NCBI GenBank assembly: GCA_964537875.1
Contig: CAZIDN010000009.1
Coordinates: 3,043 to 67,042 of the forward strand
DNA from: an uncultured Eubacteriales bacterium
GTDB lineage: Bacteria; Acidobacteriota; Aminicenantia; Aminicenantales; UBA4085
Reading direction: 5' to 3'
Length of the DNA: 64,000 nt
Both the position numbers and the translations under genes were made by a program. This document shows, piece by piece, positions 53,850-63,990 of this stretch. Every line of letters begins with the position of its first letter. Position 1 is the first letter of the stretch. The notes beneath the pieces were generated by a model. It was not told the DNA's origin. It ran no database searches and was given only the letters and a program-made list of their open reading frames with translations.

Positions 53850-56375
53850 ATGATGATTCCCAATTTATCTTATTGGACCAGCCAGCCTCCCGAAAAGGCC
53901 CTGGAAAATTTGGAGTCGACTCCCCAGGGATTGTCTGCGGCAGAGGCCGTGCTTCGGCTTAAAACATACGGACCGAACCGGATCAAGGCGAAAAAGAAGA
54001 CGGGGATTGTCCCGCTTTTCTTGTCTCAGTTCAAGAGTCCGATCATCCTCATCCTTCTTTTTGCGGGGGTCCTATCCTTTTTTCTGCACGATCCGACCGA
54101 CGGCGTGATCATCCTCATCATCATCCTCTTCAGCGGATTCCTGGGATTCTGGCAGGAAAAGGGCGCAGTGCGGACCGTTGATAAACTCCTGGCCGCCGTC
54201 GAGATTAAATGCGAGGTCCTCAGGGATGGCAGGCTCATGGACCTCGCCGTGGCGGAAATCGTCCCTGGAGACGTCGTCATCCTGCGTGCCGGAGATGCCG
54301 TGCCTGCTGACGGCTTGATCCTTGAATCCAAGGACCTTTTCGTCCAAGAGGCAACGCTGACCGGAGAGACTTTTCCTGTTGAAAAAAACGCCGGCATCGT
54401 GCCTCCGGGTGCCCCCCTGGCCCGGATGACAAACGCCGTGTTCATGGGAACCCACATCGTCAGCGGAACGGCTAAAGCCCTTGTTCTCTCGACGGGGCGG
54501 CAGACGGAATTCGGGAAGATCTCAGACCGCCTCAGGCTCAGGCCTCCCGAGACAGAATTCGAACGCGGCATCCGCCGTTTCGGCAACCTGCTCATGGAAG
54601 TCACGCTTATCTTTGTCATGGTCATCTTCGCCGTCAATGTCTTTTTCGCCCGGCCCGTGCTCGATTCCTTCCTTTTCGCCATGGCCCTGGCCGTAGGCCT
54701 GACGCCGCAGCTGCTGCCGGCGATCATCAGCATCAACCTGGCTCACGGCGCCAGACAAATGGCCCAAGACAAAGTGATCGTCAAGCGGCTGGCCTCAATC
54801 GAAAACTTCGGAAGCATGAACGTCCTCTGTTCAGACAAAACAGGGACCTTGACCGAGGGCGTCATCAAAGTTCAGGCCGCCCTCGATGCAAAAGGCGTCG
54901 ACAACGAGAAGGTGCTTTTCTACGCCTACCTCAACTCCGTGTATGAATCGGGCTTTACCAATCCCATCGATGAGGCCATTCGAAAATACCAAACGTTCGA
55001 CCTTTCCATTAGTCAAAAGCTGGATGAAGTGCCCTACGATTTTATCCGCAAGCGACTGAGCATTCTCGTAGCCCTGGAGGGAAGACATCTCCTGATCACC
55101 AAGGGCGCTTTGCTGAATGTTTTGCAGGTGTGCTCGTCTGCCGAGACGACGGATGGGGCCGTGGTCCCCATAGCTGAAGTCCGGAAAGACATCGAAAGCC
55201 TTTATCAGCAGCTGGGCGGCAAAGGCCTGCGGACCCTAGGAGTCGCCTATAGCGATATGCGGGGTCAAACCGCCGTCTCGAAGTCCGACGAAAAGGACAT
55301 GACATTTCTGGGGGTCCTAGCGTTTGCCGATCCCATCAAACCCAATATCGCCCGCACCATTGAGGACTTAAAAAATTCCGGAATTTCCTTAAAGGTCATC
55401 ACCGGCGATAACCGGCTCGTGGCCGGGGACGTCGGACGCCAGGTCGGCCTGTCGAAACCGATGATTCTGACAGGCCCGGAGCTTTCGCATATGAGCGATG
55501 CCGCCCTCGTCAACCAGGTCCGCGAGGCGGACGTCTTCGCCGAGATCGAGCCCAACCAAAAGGAGCGCATCATCCTGGCCCTGCAAAAAAGCGGCAACGT
55601 CGTCGGGTATTTGGGCGACGGCATCAATGATACTCCCGCCCTCCATGCCGCCGATGTCGGGATCTCGGTGGACTCGGCCGTGGACGTGGCCAAAGAGGCT
55701 GCCGATATTGTCCTTCTTGAAAAAAACCTGGATGTCCTCGTCCGAGGCGTTCAGAACGGCAGGCGGACATTCGCCAACACGCTGAAATATGTCTTCATGG
55801 CGACCAGCGCGAACTTCGGCAATATGTTCAGCATGGCGGGTGCGTCGCTCTTCCTCCCGTTCCTCCCGCTCCTTCCCAAGCAGATCCTCCTGACGAACCT
55901 GCTGACGGACTTTCCGGAGATGAGCATCGCTGGCGACCGTGTCGACCCGGAAATGCTGGCCGGGCCGAAGCGCTGGAACATCAAATTTATCCGCAATTTT
56001 ATGTTGACCTTCGGCCCGGTGAGCTCCGTCTTCGATTTTTTGACGTTCGGCGTTCTCCTCCTCCTGCTCCGCGCCTCGCAGGATCAATTCAGGACGGGAT
56101 GGTTCATGGAATCGGTGATTTCGGCGTCCCTCATCGTTCTCGTCGTCCGGACACGCCGGCCGTTCATCCGGAGCCGGCCGGGAAAATATCTCCTGCTGTC
56201 CACGCTTTTTATCGCCGGTATCACGCTTGTCCTCCCCTACCTGCCGGTCGCGGTAGCCTTTGGATTTCGGCCCGTCCCCGTTTCCTTTTTCCCAGCCCTC
56301 GTGGCGATTCTTGTGCTCTATGTTTTATCCGCAGAGGTGGCCAAAAGAATTTTTTATAAGAAAATCAAATCCTGA
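53850..56375 (+). CDS. mgtA: Magnesium-translocating P-type ATPase
   Basis: LTGETFPVEK, GLTPQLLP, DKTGTLT, GDGINDTPAL, SANFGNMFS and QILLTNLLTD. Confidence 0.93.
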   Translation: MMIPNLSYWTSQPPEKALENLESTPQGLSAAEAVLRLKTYGPNRIKAKKKTGIVPLFLSQFKSPIILILLFAGVLSFFLHDPTDGVIILIIILFSGFLGFWQEKGAVRTVDKLLAAVEIKCEVLRDGRLMDLAVAEIVPGDVVILRAGDAVPADGLILESKDLFVQEATLTGETFPVEKNAGIVPPGAPLARMTNAVFMGTHIVSGTAKALVLSTGRQTEFGKISDRLRLRPPETEFERGIRRFGNLLMEVTLIFVMVIFAVNVFFARPVLDSFLFAMALAVGLTPQLLPAIISINLAHGARQMAQDKVIVKRLASIENFGSMNVLCSDKTGTLTEGVIKVQAALDAKGVDNEKVLFYAYLNSVYESGFTNPIDEAIRKYQTFDLSISQKLDEVPYDFIRKRLSILVALEGRHLLITKGALLNVLQVCSSAETTDGAVVPIAEVRKDIESLYQQLGGKGLRTLGVAYSDMRGQTAVSKSDEKDMTFLGVLAFADPIKPNIARTIEDLKNSGISLKVITGDNRLVAGDVGRQVGLSKPMILTGPELSHMSDAALVNQVREADVFAEIEPNQKERIILALQKSGNVVGYLGDGINDTPALHAADVGISVDSAVDVAKEAADIVLLEKNLDVLVRGVQNGRRTFANTLKYVFMATSANFGNMFSMAGASLFLPFLPLLPKQILLTNLLTDFPEMSIAGDRVDPEMLAGPKRWNIKFIRNFMLTFGPVSSVFDFLTFGVLLLLLRASQDQFRTGWFMESVISASLIVLVVRTRRPFIRSRPGKYLLLSTLFIAGITLVLPYLPVAVAFGFRPVPVSFFPALVAILVLYVLSAEVAKRIFYKKIKS

Positions 56376-56590
56376 ATGGGCCCCATGAATCCAAAATTCA
56401 AGCGAAGGCTGCGCTGGCTTGGAATTGGCAGATAGTTGGCCACCCCTAAGAAAATCAAGGCCAAGAATTCGATCTGGAAAAGCCTGGGCGGATTTCTCAA
56501 ATTCTTCGAGAAATTCTAAAAAGCTAAAAAATAGAGCTTGACTTTTGCCTTGTATTATGTAATATATGATTATCTTATTTTACATATAAA

Positions 56591-56902
56591 ATGGCAGAAG
56601 AAAAAATAGTCTCCGCGACAGATGCCGTCCGAAAATTTTCAGAGCTGTTGAATTTTGTAAGATATAAGGGGGAAAACTACCAAATCGTCAGGGGCGGAAA
56701 ACCTGTCGCTGTTCTTCGCCCTGTAGAAATGGCCCCAGAAGCCCCGCCCCATGCGGAATTTGAAACCAAGTCCCTTTCGGAATTTAAGAAGCTGATGAAG
56801 AATCTGCCCAAGCTGGGCGCCGAGGTTGAGAATTTCGAACGCGACATCAAAAAAGTCCTGCAGTTCCAGCCCTCCCTTCCCAAGAAAAGCCCGTGGGAAT
56901 AA
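56591..56902 (+). CDS. Phd/YefM-family antitoxin
   Basis: SATDAVRKFSELLNFV...IVRGGKPVAVL; overlaps the PIN gene. An imperfect operator IR (TGTAATATA/TATTTTACA) lies at 56558-56584. Confidence 0.85.
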   Translation: MAEEKIVSATDAVRKFSELLNFVRYKGENYQIVRGGKPVAVLRPVEMAPEAPPHAEFETKSLSEFKKLMKNLPKLGAEVENFERDIKKVLQFQPSLPKKSPWE

Positions 56903-57300
56903 TCTTCGACACGAGCACCCTGATCGGTCTGGAGAGGACTTCTTTAAGTCTCGAAAAACTCGTCAAGGGCAGGGAGAGCGAGCCTTTCGGCATCAGCATG
57001 ATATCGGTTTCTGAACTTCTCCATGCGGTCCATCGGGCGGATTCGGAGGCAAGGCGCGAGCAGCGCGAGGCCTTTGTCGAGAAAACCCTGGAGATCTTTC
57101 CCCTCTATCCATTCGACTTGAGTGCCTCGCGTGTCTACGCCAGGCTTTGGGCCCAGTTCATCAAGAAAGGAGTTGTCGTCGGCACCCATGACCTCATGAT
57201 CGCCTCGACCTGCTTGTCTCTAGGATTCTCCGTCCTCACGGCCGAGATCAGAGATTACAGGAAAATCGAAGGCCTTCGGATCGAAGAATTTCCGTCTTGA
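56893..57300 (+). CDS. vapC: PIN-domain (VapC) toxin
   Basis: IFDTSTLI, SVSEL and HDLMIAST acidic PIN residues. Confidence 0.9.
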   Translation: MGIIFDTSTLIGLERTSLSLEKLVKGRESEPFGISMISVSELLHAVHRADSEARREQREAFVEKTLEIFPLYPFDLSASRVYARLWAQFIKKGVVVGTHDLMIASTCLSLGFSVLTAEIRDYRKIEGLRIEEFPS

Positions 57301-57314
57301 CCCTCTTATTTCAG

Positions 57315-59477
57315 TTACATCTCGACCAAGCCGGCCAGCTTCAGGATCTGGAGATAGTTCAGGATCCCCTGAACGGTCGACTTTCTCTGGGCCTGGGCAT
57401 CCATCAGTTTCATGATGTCTAAGACATTATGCTTTCCGTTGATGAGGAGCTGGAGCTCGCCCGTGCTGGACACTTCGGAGGCGTATGGATATTTGGCTTT
57501 TTCGGCCGCCGGAACGCCGTCGATATATTTTCTGTAGCCCTGATAGCCGCCTTCTGTGACCTTGGCCGTTGGCCTCGGAATGATCTTGACGGCCTTTTTC
57601 TCAAGGTCCGTCAAGGCGATCACGACCGGCTTCTGGCCCAGCCGGCGCGCTACTGCCTCCATATGAGCCTGGAGCGCCGCCAGATTGGCATTCCCCACGG
57701 CATCGACCGTCTTCTTCATCTGCAGGATGTAGTTTCCGATCGCCGCTTTATCCGTCGCCAGCTCGAGGATCGAATCGAGCGTGTCTTTTTCATTCAACAC
57801 GGCACCTTCCACATAGGTCCGGGCCGACTTGTAAGAATCCGCCAGCGTCTCGGCTTTCGCCCCGTTTAGGATTTCCAGGGCTACGACAAACTGGTGCCCG
57901 ATGCGCCGGGTGGCGTTGCTCGCCGCCTCGCCCGCAATCTTGATGGCCATATTGTCGTCGGCGTTGGCGACCGTGTAGGCGCCGGCCGCGCCGATCGCCG
58001 CCGCCCGCTTCAACTGGGTCGCGTCGGACTTGTCGGGCAGATCTCCCGAAGTATGATACCAGCGGTCCGGCCAGGCGATCATCATGACACCGGGAACCTG
58101 GACGCCCCAGTCGTTGAACACCTCGTGGTCCGACGCGCCGTAATGGGTTTCGATGGAATAATAAAACGGCTCGTCGGCGCCGAACGGGGCCACGATCCGG
58201 ACCGGGACTTTATTGAACCCGCTCCGGTTCTGGATGCGCTCGCGGTTCCCCTCTCCGACATACCGGTAAAGGTTTTCCATGACATCGTTGATGTAGTGGG
58301 GATTGCCGTAGGTCGTCCTCATCAGGCACATGAAGGCCTGGTTCTTGCTCAGCCATTCGCCGACCATGTCCATGTTGATATTGCAGAGCGTTTTGTCCAT
58401 GATCGCCTTATTGGCCTTGACCCACAGGCTCGTCCCGGAGAACTCCGGGCCCCAGAGGAAACGGATCGTCCGCTTCGGCTTGGGCAGCCGGCCTTCTTGG
58501 ATGAGCGTGTTGAGGATGCGGCCGGCTTCCAGGATTGTCGCGCTTCCCGACGTGTTATCGTTAGCCCCGAACTTCGACATGCCCTCAAAGAGATGGGCGG
58601 AGAAAATGACTTCGCCAGCCGTGGGGTCCGTGCCGGGAATATAGGCCACGACATTTTCCAACTTGTATTTTTCCTGCTTGGGCTCGACCTGGGCGCGAAC
58701 GGTGATCTTCTCTCCGGCCATAAGCCTCTGCTTGAGAATATCTCCTTCGCGGACGGGGAGTTGAAAGCCGAACTTGGGCTTCGGCGGAGGCGGAGGAGGC
58801 GTCTGCGGCTGGGCGGCCTGGGCAGGCTGCCCGGGACCTCCCCTCATTCCACGGAAACTGGCGATTCCTGCCCACCCCATTTGGAGCGGGTCAAAATAGG
58901 GCCGGGACATGCTGATCCCGATGACGCCCAAGGCTCCCTTCTGCAAGCAGGCCAGGTTATGCACGGCGCCAAGGCTTCCCTCGGTCACCACAATCTTCCC
59001 TTCCACTTTGGCCGCTTCGATTTCGGCAGTAGTTCCCCGGCCTACCCAGACCAATTCGCCCGTCACATCCGTCGCGGAGCTCCCCGAAGCGAGCATCGGG
59101 ACCATGTCTCTCATGGACGCCAATTTCTGGCGCCTCGGGGTGACTTCCCACAGCTCGCCTTTGACGCCGTCCCAGGTTTCGCCGCCCGGATAGGAGACGA
59201 TCTCCGCGCCGGCCAGCCCGTACTGTTTCAGTTTTTTCATGATGACCTGGGTTTCCAAAAACGGCCCCGCGTACTCCTCCGACATCCGGTCGCGGTTGTA
59301 ACCGTTGATATCGATGATCGTGTTGAGGGCGGTCTCGCCCGAAGCCTCGCCGACGATCTCATCGATCTCGTTTTTGGGAAGCAGCGTCCAATACAGCCAG
59401 GGCGTGTATTGGGCTGCCGCCAGGCCTAAAACCACCAAGAGCGAGAGGGCCAGAATGATAAGCTTCTTTTTGTCCAT
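57315..59477 (-). CDS. Secreted M28 family peptidase with PA domain (DUF4910-like)
   Basis: SAHL, GANDNTSG, WGPEFSG, NMDMVG and YHTSGD. Start at ATG 59477 (AGGAGGA RBS). Confidence 0.88.
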   Translation of the reverse strand: MDKKKLIILALSLLVVLGLAAAQYTPWLYWTLLPKNEIDEIVGEASGETALNTIIDINGYNRDRMSEEYAGPFLETQVIMKKLKQYGLAGAEIVSYPGGETWDGVKGELWEVTPRRQKLASMRDMVPMLASGSSATDVTGELVWVGRGTTAEIEAAKVEGKIVVTEGSLGAVHNLACLQKGALGVIGISMSRPYFDPLQMGWAGIASFRGMRGGPGQPAQAAQPQTPPPPPPKPKFGFQLPVREGDILKQRLMAGEKITVRAQVEPKQEKYKLENVVAYIPGTDPTAGEVIFSAHLFEGMSKFGANDNTSGSATILEAGRILNTLIQEGRLPKPKRTIRFLWGPEFSGTSLWVKANKAIMDKTLCNINMDMVGEWLSKNQAFMCLMRTTYGNPHYINDVMENLYRYVGEGNRERIQNRSGFNKVPVRIVAPFGADEPFYYSIETHYGASDHEVFNDWGVQVPGVMMIAWPDRWYHTSGDLPDKSDATQLKRAAAIGAAGAYTVANADDNMAIKIAGEAASNATRRIGHQFVVALEILNGAKAETLADSYKSARTYVEGAVLNEKDTLDSILELATDKAAIGNYILQMKKTVDAVGNANLAALQAHMEAVARRLGQKPVVIALTDLEKKAVKIIPRPTAKVTEGGYQGYRKYIDGVPAAEKAKYPYASEVSSTGELQLLINGKHNVLDIMKLMDAQAQRKSTVQGILNYLQILKLAGLVEM

Positions 59478-59586
59478 GAGTCCTCCTCTATTAGGATTAC
59501 GAAAAAAGGGGTGGGGTGGTTCTATCTTTTTCCCCAACGTGCTATTTTTGGGAGCTAAAACAAAAGATAGAAGCGTCCGCATTTTT

Positions 59587-60846
59587 TTATTGATCCGCAA
59601 ACGGTTGGTCGATAGACACGGCTTCCATACCGCCCAGGAAGCGGCTGCCGTTTTCCGTGACGACCATGCAGTCCTCGGTCCGGACGCCGAATTCTCCGTA
59701 GATGTAGATTCCAGGCTCGTTGCTGAAGGTCATGCCGGGCAGGAGCTTCAGCATGTTGCCCTTCACGAGATAGGGATATTCATGCCCTTCCACCCCGATG
59801 CCGTGGCCGACCCTGTGGGCAAAATATTTATAGCCGGGCCCGTAGCCCGCCTCTTCGACGACCTTGCGGGCGGCGGCATCCACATCTTCGCAGCGGACGC
59901 CCGGCCGTGCCGCCCGCAGCGCCGCCGTCTGCGCTTTTTTGACGATGTCCCAGACAGCCCGCTGCCGATCCGTCGGCTTACCGAGAACGACGGTCCGGGT
60001 CACATCCGACCGAAAACCCTCGACGCCGCAGCCGCCGTCGACCATGACCACATCGCCGTCGCGAAGTGTTCGCGGGACTCTCGACCCGTGCGGAAAAGCC
60101 GTGCCGGCGCCGAACTGAGGCCCCCCGCCCCCGCTCGCTCCCATCTTCGAATGGGCGCTGCTGATGAGAGCCGACAGATCGCGCTGACTCATGCCTTCCC
60201 GGAGCTGTTTGAATCCTTCCCGGTAGGCCAGCTTGGTGATCTTGTTGGCCAGGTCCATATAGGCGATTTCCTTTTCCGTTTTCGTGCCCCGGCAGCCCTC
60301 TGTGACGACCGCGCCGTCGACCAGTTCCAGCCCCGGAGCGTCCCGGCCGATTCCGAAATAGACAAACGCGCTGGTGGACGGATTGATGCCCAGGCGTCCG
60401 CTTCCGACGCCCAGATCCTTCATGATTCCGGCGATGAGCTTATAGGGGCTTTCATGCTCCTCCCAGACGCGTATTTGCTGGCCGGGTGGGATGAGCTCTT
60501 CGGCCCGCTCAAGCTCAAAGGCCGGGCAGACCCAGACGGGACTTCCTTTGCGGCCGACCAGGGCGCCGAAGGTCCGCTCGCTGGTCCCCCAGCCGACCGT
60601 CGTGAAATAGACCAGGTTCGTGCTGCCGGTCAAAAACAATCCGTCGACCTTGTGGGCAGCCATCAATCCTCTGGCTTTCTCCAGCCGTGCTTCGTAATCT
60701 TCGGGCGCCAAGGGCTTGACTCCAGCCGTCATGTTTTCCAGCTTGGCCATTTCCGCCGCGGGCTCCTGCGAAAAAATATTTCTCACAAAGCCGAACGTCG
60801 CGATGGAAAGGCCTCCGATCTTTAAAAAATGCCGGCGAGATGCCAT
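59587..60846 (-). CDS. Xaa-Pro peptidase (M24B) with twin-arginine signal
   Basis: SRRHFLK, VDGG...SDVTRT, HRVGHGIG, HE, EPG and RTED. Start at ATG 60846. Confidence 0.93.
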   Translation of the reverse strand: MASRRHFLKIGGLSIATFGFVRNIFSQEPAAEMAKLENMTAGVKPLAPEDYEARLEKARGLMAAHKVDGLFLTGSTNLVYFTTVGWGTSERTFGALVGRKGSPVWVCPAFELERAEELIPPGQQIRVWEEHESPYKLIAGIMKDLGVGSGRLGINPSTSAFVYFGIGRDAPGLELVDGAVVTEGCRGTKTEKEIAYMDLANKITKLAYREGFKQLREGMSQRDLSALISSAHSKMGASGGGGPQFGAGTAFPHGSRVPRTLRDGDVVMVDGGCGVEGFRSDVTRTVVLGKPTDRQRAVWDIVKKAQTAALRAARPGVRCEDVDAAARKVVEEAGYGPGYKYFAHRVGHGIGVEGHEYPYLVKGNMLKLLPGMTFSNEPGIYIYGEFGVRTEDCMVVTENGSRFLGGMEAVSIDQPFADQ

Positions 60847-61001
60847 GTGTCGACTCCTTTGAGTGGGGGCGAGAAAAATGGATGGGAAAGGCCGCCCATC
60901 TTTAAAAATTCTCATAGACAGGTCTTAAACGTATATCACCGGCAACACTTGATGTCAAATATCTCACATTTGTTGGGGCTTAGTCCGGGAGCATTTCTAA
61001 A

Positions 61002-61145
61002 TAAGTGATTGCAAGGAGGCGTCTGCATCACCCCATAGGCCCCCATAGCGGAGGGGGGGCCCATCGGTTTTTCGATGGGGGGAACCGACGGGACTGGTTC
61101 CCAAGGGGGCCGGGGGTGATGCAGACGCCTCCTTGCAATCACTTA
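61002..61145. repeat. 144-bp element: perfect 33-bp IR arms around the same hairpin core as the 12311/63557 elements
   Basis: TAAGTGATTGCAAGGAGGCGTCTGCATCACCCC (61002-61034) pairs perfectly with 61113-61145. Core CATAGCGGAGGG...GGAACCGACGGGACTGGTTCCC. Confidence 0.85.
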
Positions 61146-61266
61146 AAGGGAGACCCTATCGCCTAGTCCCCATAGCATTGACTTTTCGAGCCGACTAAAG
61201 TACCTTGTAACTGATAAAGTCTTGGCCCCCAATCCGATTGAAGCTAAGCCTTCGAAGGAGGTATAG

Positions 61267-61467
61267 ATGTTACTATTTGGCACGGTCGGACCGCAGGAAC
61301 TCCTCATCGTCTTGCTCATCGTGATCCTCATCTTCGGTGCGCGCAAACTTCCCGATCTCGGGAAATCCCTGGGCGAAGGAATCAAGAATTTCAAGAGCTC
61401 CATCGGCGGCAAAGATAAAGACAAGGACAACCCGCCCGATAAGACCCAACCCCCCACAAAGGACTAA
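61267..61467 (+). CDS. tatA: Sec-independent protein translocase TatA/E
   Basis: GPQELLIVLLIVILIFGARKLPDLGKSLGEGIKNFK. Confidence 0.95.
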   Translation: MLLFGTVGPQELLIVLLIVILIFGARKLPDLGKSLGEGIKNFKSSIGGKDKDKDNPPDKTQPPTKD

Positions 61468-62654
61468 TGAAGCGGACGATCGAGAAGCTCAGCCAGGAGC
61501 GGAGAGAGAAAGAAGAACAGTTTGCTGAAAAGCTTGCCGAGCTTAAACGAGACAGCCTCTCCCTCGAGCATCTCGAAGAACGCCTCAAGACCTTAGAATT
61601 TCCCGCCCCTTCAGAAAAAAAGCAACTTTTTACCTCAAAAATAAAACCCTCTCCCTCCGACGGCAAGAATCTCCGGGACCTTCTTATCCAAGCTTTCGGC
61701 CTGACCAAAAAAATTTCCACGTCCGTCGCGGACGTCCTCAAACTCCAGGACTCCCTGGCCGACGCCAGGGACAAGGAATGGGACGCCCTCGGCAACAACC
61801 ACGTCGGGATGATCTTTAAAAGCATGGAATGGCGGGTGGACAAGCTCTCTTCAGAATACGAAGACGTCAAGCTTTTGATGAAAAAATTTCTGCTCCTCAG
61901 GGACCAGTTGAACAGGCTCCTGGCGCTCCTCGAAGCGAAGAAAATGCCGTTCCCGGCTCAGGTCCGGGAAATCCTGGAGCCTCTGGAAGATGCGGTGTAT
62001 ACGGGGTTTGAAAACAGGTTCCGCGGCTACGAAGAGGAGATCAAAAAACAGCAGGAGGGCTATATCCCCTATTTCCGGAAAGGGGGAAAAGTCCTGGACC
62101 TGGGCTGCGGACGCGGCGAATTTCTCGAGCTTCTTCAGAAAAACGGGATCCAAGGAACCGGCATCGACGGCAACAGCCAGATGACTGATATATGCCTGGA
62201 CAAAGGACTGGACTGCCGGAAAGGAGATATCCTGGGGCTCCTGGCGGAATGGCCGGACGCCTCCCTCGACGGCATCTTTTCTTCCCAAGTGATCGAGCAC
62301 CTGCCTCCGCCCTACCTGAAAAAGATGATCGACATCTGCCAGTTCAAGCTCGCCCCCTCCGGAGTGCTGATCCTGGAGACCATCAATCCCACCTCCGTTT
62401 TCGCGCTAGTCCAGATCTATTACCTGGACCTTTCCCATGAGAGGCCCGTTCACCCTCAGGCGCTGAAGTTCCTGATGGAAAGCGCCGGCTTCGAGGACGT
62501 CCGGATCCAGTACTCCGCCGAGCTCGGAACCGACAGGCTCCAGAACCTCCCCGGTGCCGACGAGGCCAGCAGTATTCTCAACCGGAATATCGACCGCCTG
62601 AACAGCCTTCTCTACGCGGCGCCGAACTATGCCGCGATCGGCAGAAAGAGGTGA
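61467..62654 (+). CDS. Class I SAM-dependent methyltransferase with N-terminal coiled coil (surface-glycan-associated type)
   Basis: FENRFRG, VLDLGCGRGEFL, QVIEHL, ETINP and LDLSHERP; TAATG coupling to tatA. Confidence 0.85.
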   Translation: MKRTIEKLSQERREKEEQFAEKLAELKRDSLSLEHLEERLKTLEFPAPSEKKQLFTSKIKPSPSDGKNLRDLLIQAFGLTKKISTSVADVLKLQDSLADARDKEWDALGNNHVGMIFKSMEWRVDKLSSEYEDVKLLMKKFLLLRDQLNRLLALLEAKKMPFPAQVREILEPLEDAVYTGFENRFRGYEEEIKKQQEGYIPYFRKGGKVLDLGCGRGEFLELLQKNGIQGTGIDGNSQMTDICLDKGLDCRKGDILGLLAEWPDASLDGIFSSQVIEHLPPPYLKKMIDICQFKLAPSGVLILETINPTSVFALVQIYYLDLSHERPVHPQALKFLMESAGFEDVRIQYSAELGTDRLQNLPGADEASSILNRNIDRLNSLLYAAPNYAAIGRKR

Positions 62655-62656
62655 CC

Positions 62657-63574
62657 ATGTCTGTGTACGCCGGCTTCGACCTCGGAGGCACTCAGCTCAA
62701 GTATGGGCTCACCGACGAATCCGGCGTCGTTCTTTTCAAGGATAAAGCTCCCACCCCGCCGACCATCGGCGGGCTGATGGACCTCCTGGAATCTCTCTGG
62801 AAAGATCTCCAAAAAAGAGAGGCCGGGAAAATCAAAGCCGCGGGCTTCGGCATCCCTGGTATCTACAGTTTGAAGGAAAAGAAAATTTTCCAGTCGCCCA
62901 ACTATGCCGACCTGGACAACTTCGACTTGTATCCCGCCGTTTCCCGGTTCATCAAAGCGCCTTTCTGGATCGACAACGACGCCAACATGGCCGCCTTCGG
63001 CGAATGGTCATGCGGCGCGGGCCGGGGCGTTTCGAGTATGATCCTGCTCACCATCGGGACCGGCATCGGCGGCGGGATCATCCTCGACGGCAAGCTGTGG
63101 CAGGGAAGCTGCGGCTATGCCGGCGAGATCGGACATATCGTTGTGAACCCCAGGGGCATCCGGTGCAAGTGCGGCATCCAAGGATGTCTCGAAACCGAAG
63201 CCTCTGCCCCGGCGGTCGTCAGGAAGTATGCGGCCATTCGAAAAACAAACGAAGCGGTCACGGCCGAAGAAATCTATCACAGGGCCAAGGGGGGCGAGGA
63301 AGCCGCCCGCCGGGCTTTTGCTCAAGCGGGATATTATTTGGGGATCGGGCTCGGCATGGTCATCAACCTGCTCAACCCGGAGAAGATCCTGCTGGGCGGC
63401 GGTGTTATGACGACCGGCGAATACCTTTTAGCGCCGACCCTAGAGGAGGCCCGGAGGCGGTCCTATAAGGCCACGTTCTCCTGCTGTTCCATCGAAAAGG
63501 CCGGCCTGGGCAATGATGCCGGGTTGATCGGGGCCGCTTCCTGGGCCCGGGTCAATCTAATACAAACGCAATAA
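62657..63574 (+). CDS. ROK family sugar kinase (glucokinase-like)
   Basis: DLGGT, DNDANMAAFGE, GTGIGGG and GEIGHIVV...CKCGIQGCLE. Confidence 0.95.
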   Translation: MSVYAGFDLGGTQLKYGLTDESGVVLFKDKAPTPPTIGGLMDLLESLWKDLQKREAGKIKAAGFGIPGIYSLKEKKIFQSPNYADLDNFDLYPAVSRFIKAPFWIDNDANMAAFGEWSCGAGRGVSSMILLTIGTGIGGGIILDGKLWQGSCGYAGEIGHIVVNPRGIRCKCGIQGCLETEASAPAVVRKYAAIRKTNEAVTAEEIYHRAKGGEEAARRAFAQAGYYLGIGLGMVINLLNPEKILLGGGVMTTGEYLLAPTLEEARRRSYKATFSCCSIEKAGLGNDAGLIGAASWARVNLIQTQ

Positions 63575-63755
63575 ATAAAGTGACAATGTATGGGCGGCGA
63601 TTAGGCCGCCCTCAAGCCCCCATAGCGGAGGGGGACCCCGTCGGCTTTCCCGACGGGGGGAACCGACGGGACTGGTTCCCCGGGGCCCGGGGGCTGCGGG
63701 CGGCCTAATCGCCGCCCGAACGGGGATGTCATTTTAACTATTACGTTGATATTAG
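63557..63755. mobile_element. ~199-bp MITE/REP-like element, copy 2
   Basis: CTAATACAAACG...CGTTGATATTAG termini; perfect 20-bp inner IR 63592-63611/63698-63717. Arms match copy 1 in reverse complement, while the core matches in direct orientation. Confidence 0.78.
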
Positions 63756-63813
63756 AATCTCCCTAAATTAGAAAATTGGATTCAAATCCAAAAAAAGGAT
63801 TTTCCGCCCATTA

Positions 63814-63990
63814 AATTATTGGGATCTCTTCCTTTGTGTGTGGGGAAAAATCGTTTGGGAACCGATCCGGAGACAGCCTCGCTCCCCATCCGGGTTTTTA
63901 ACGTCGTTCCCGAGCCCTCCATGGTCGCTTCGGCCGTCTCCTGACCGTTTCCCTTTCCTCCCCACACGAAATGGAAGAGAACCAATTATT
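63814..63990. repeat. ~177-bp element bounded by imperfect inverted repeats
   Basis: TCTCTTCCTTTGTGTGTGGGGA (63825-63846) pairs imperfectly with TCCCCACACGAAATGGAAGAGA (63959-63980). The right part recurs at 26606-26668. Confidence 0.65.

Noticed and set aside
56376-56520. Possible gene fragment between mgtA and the Phd/PIN pair
   Set aside because: Only very short ORFs in all frames, with no recognisable motif.
60930-60958. sigma70 promoter for the M24 peptidase (TTGACA-N17-TATACG)
   Set aside because: The -35 is perfect but the -10 lacks the conserved final T. Plausible, but not distinctive enough to list.
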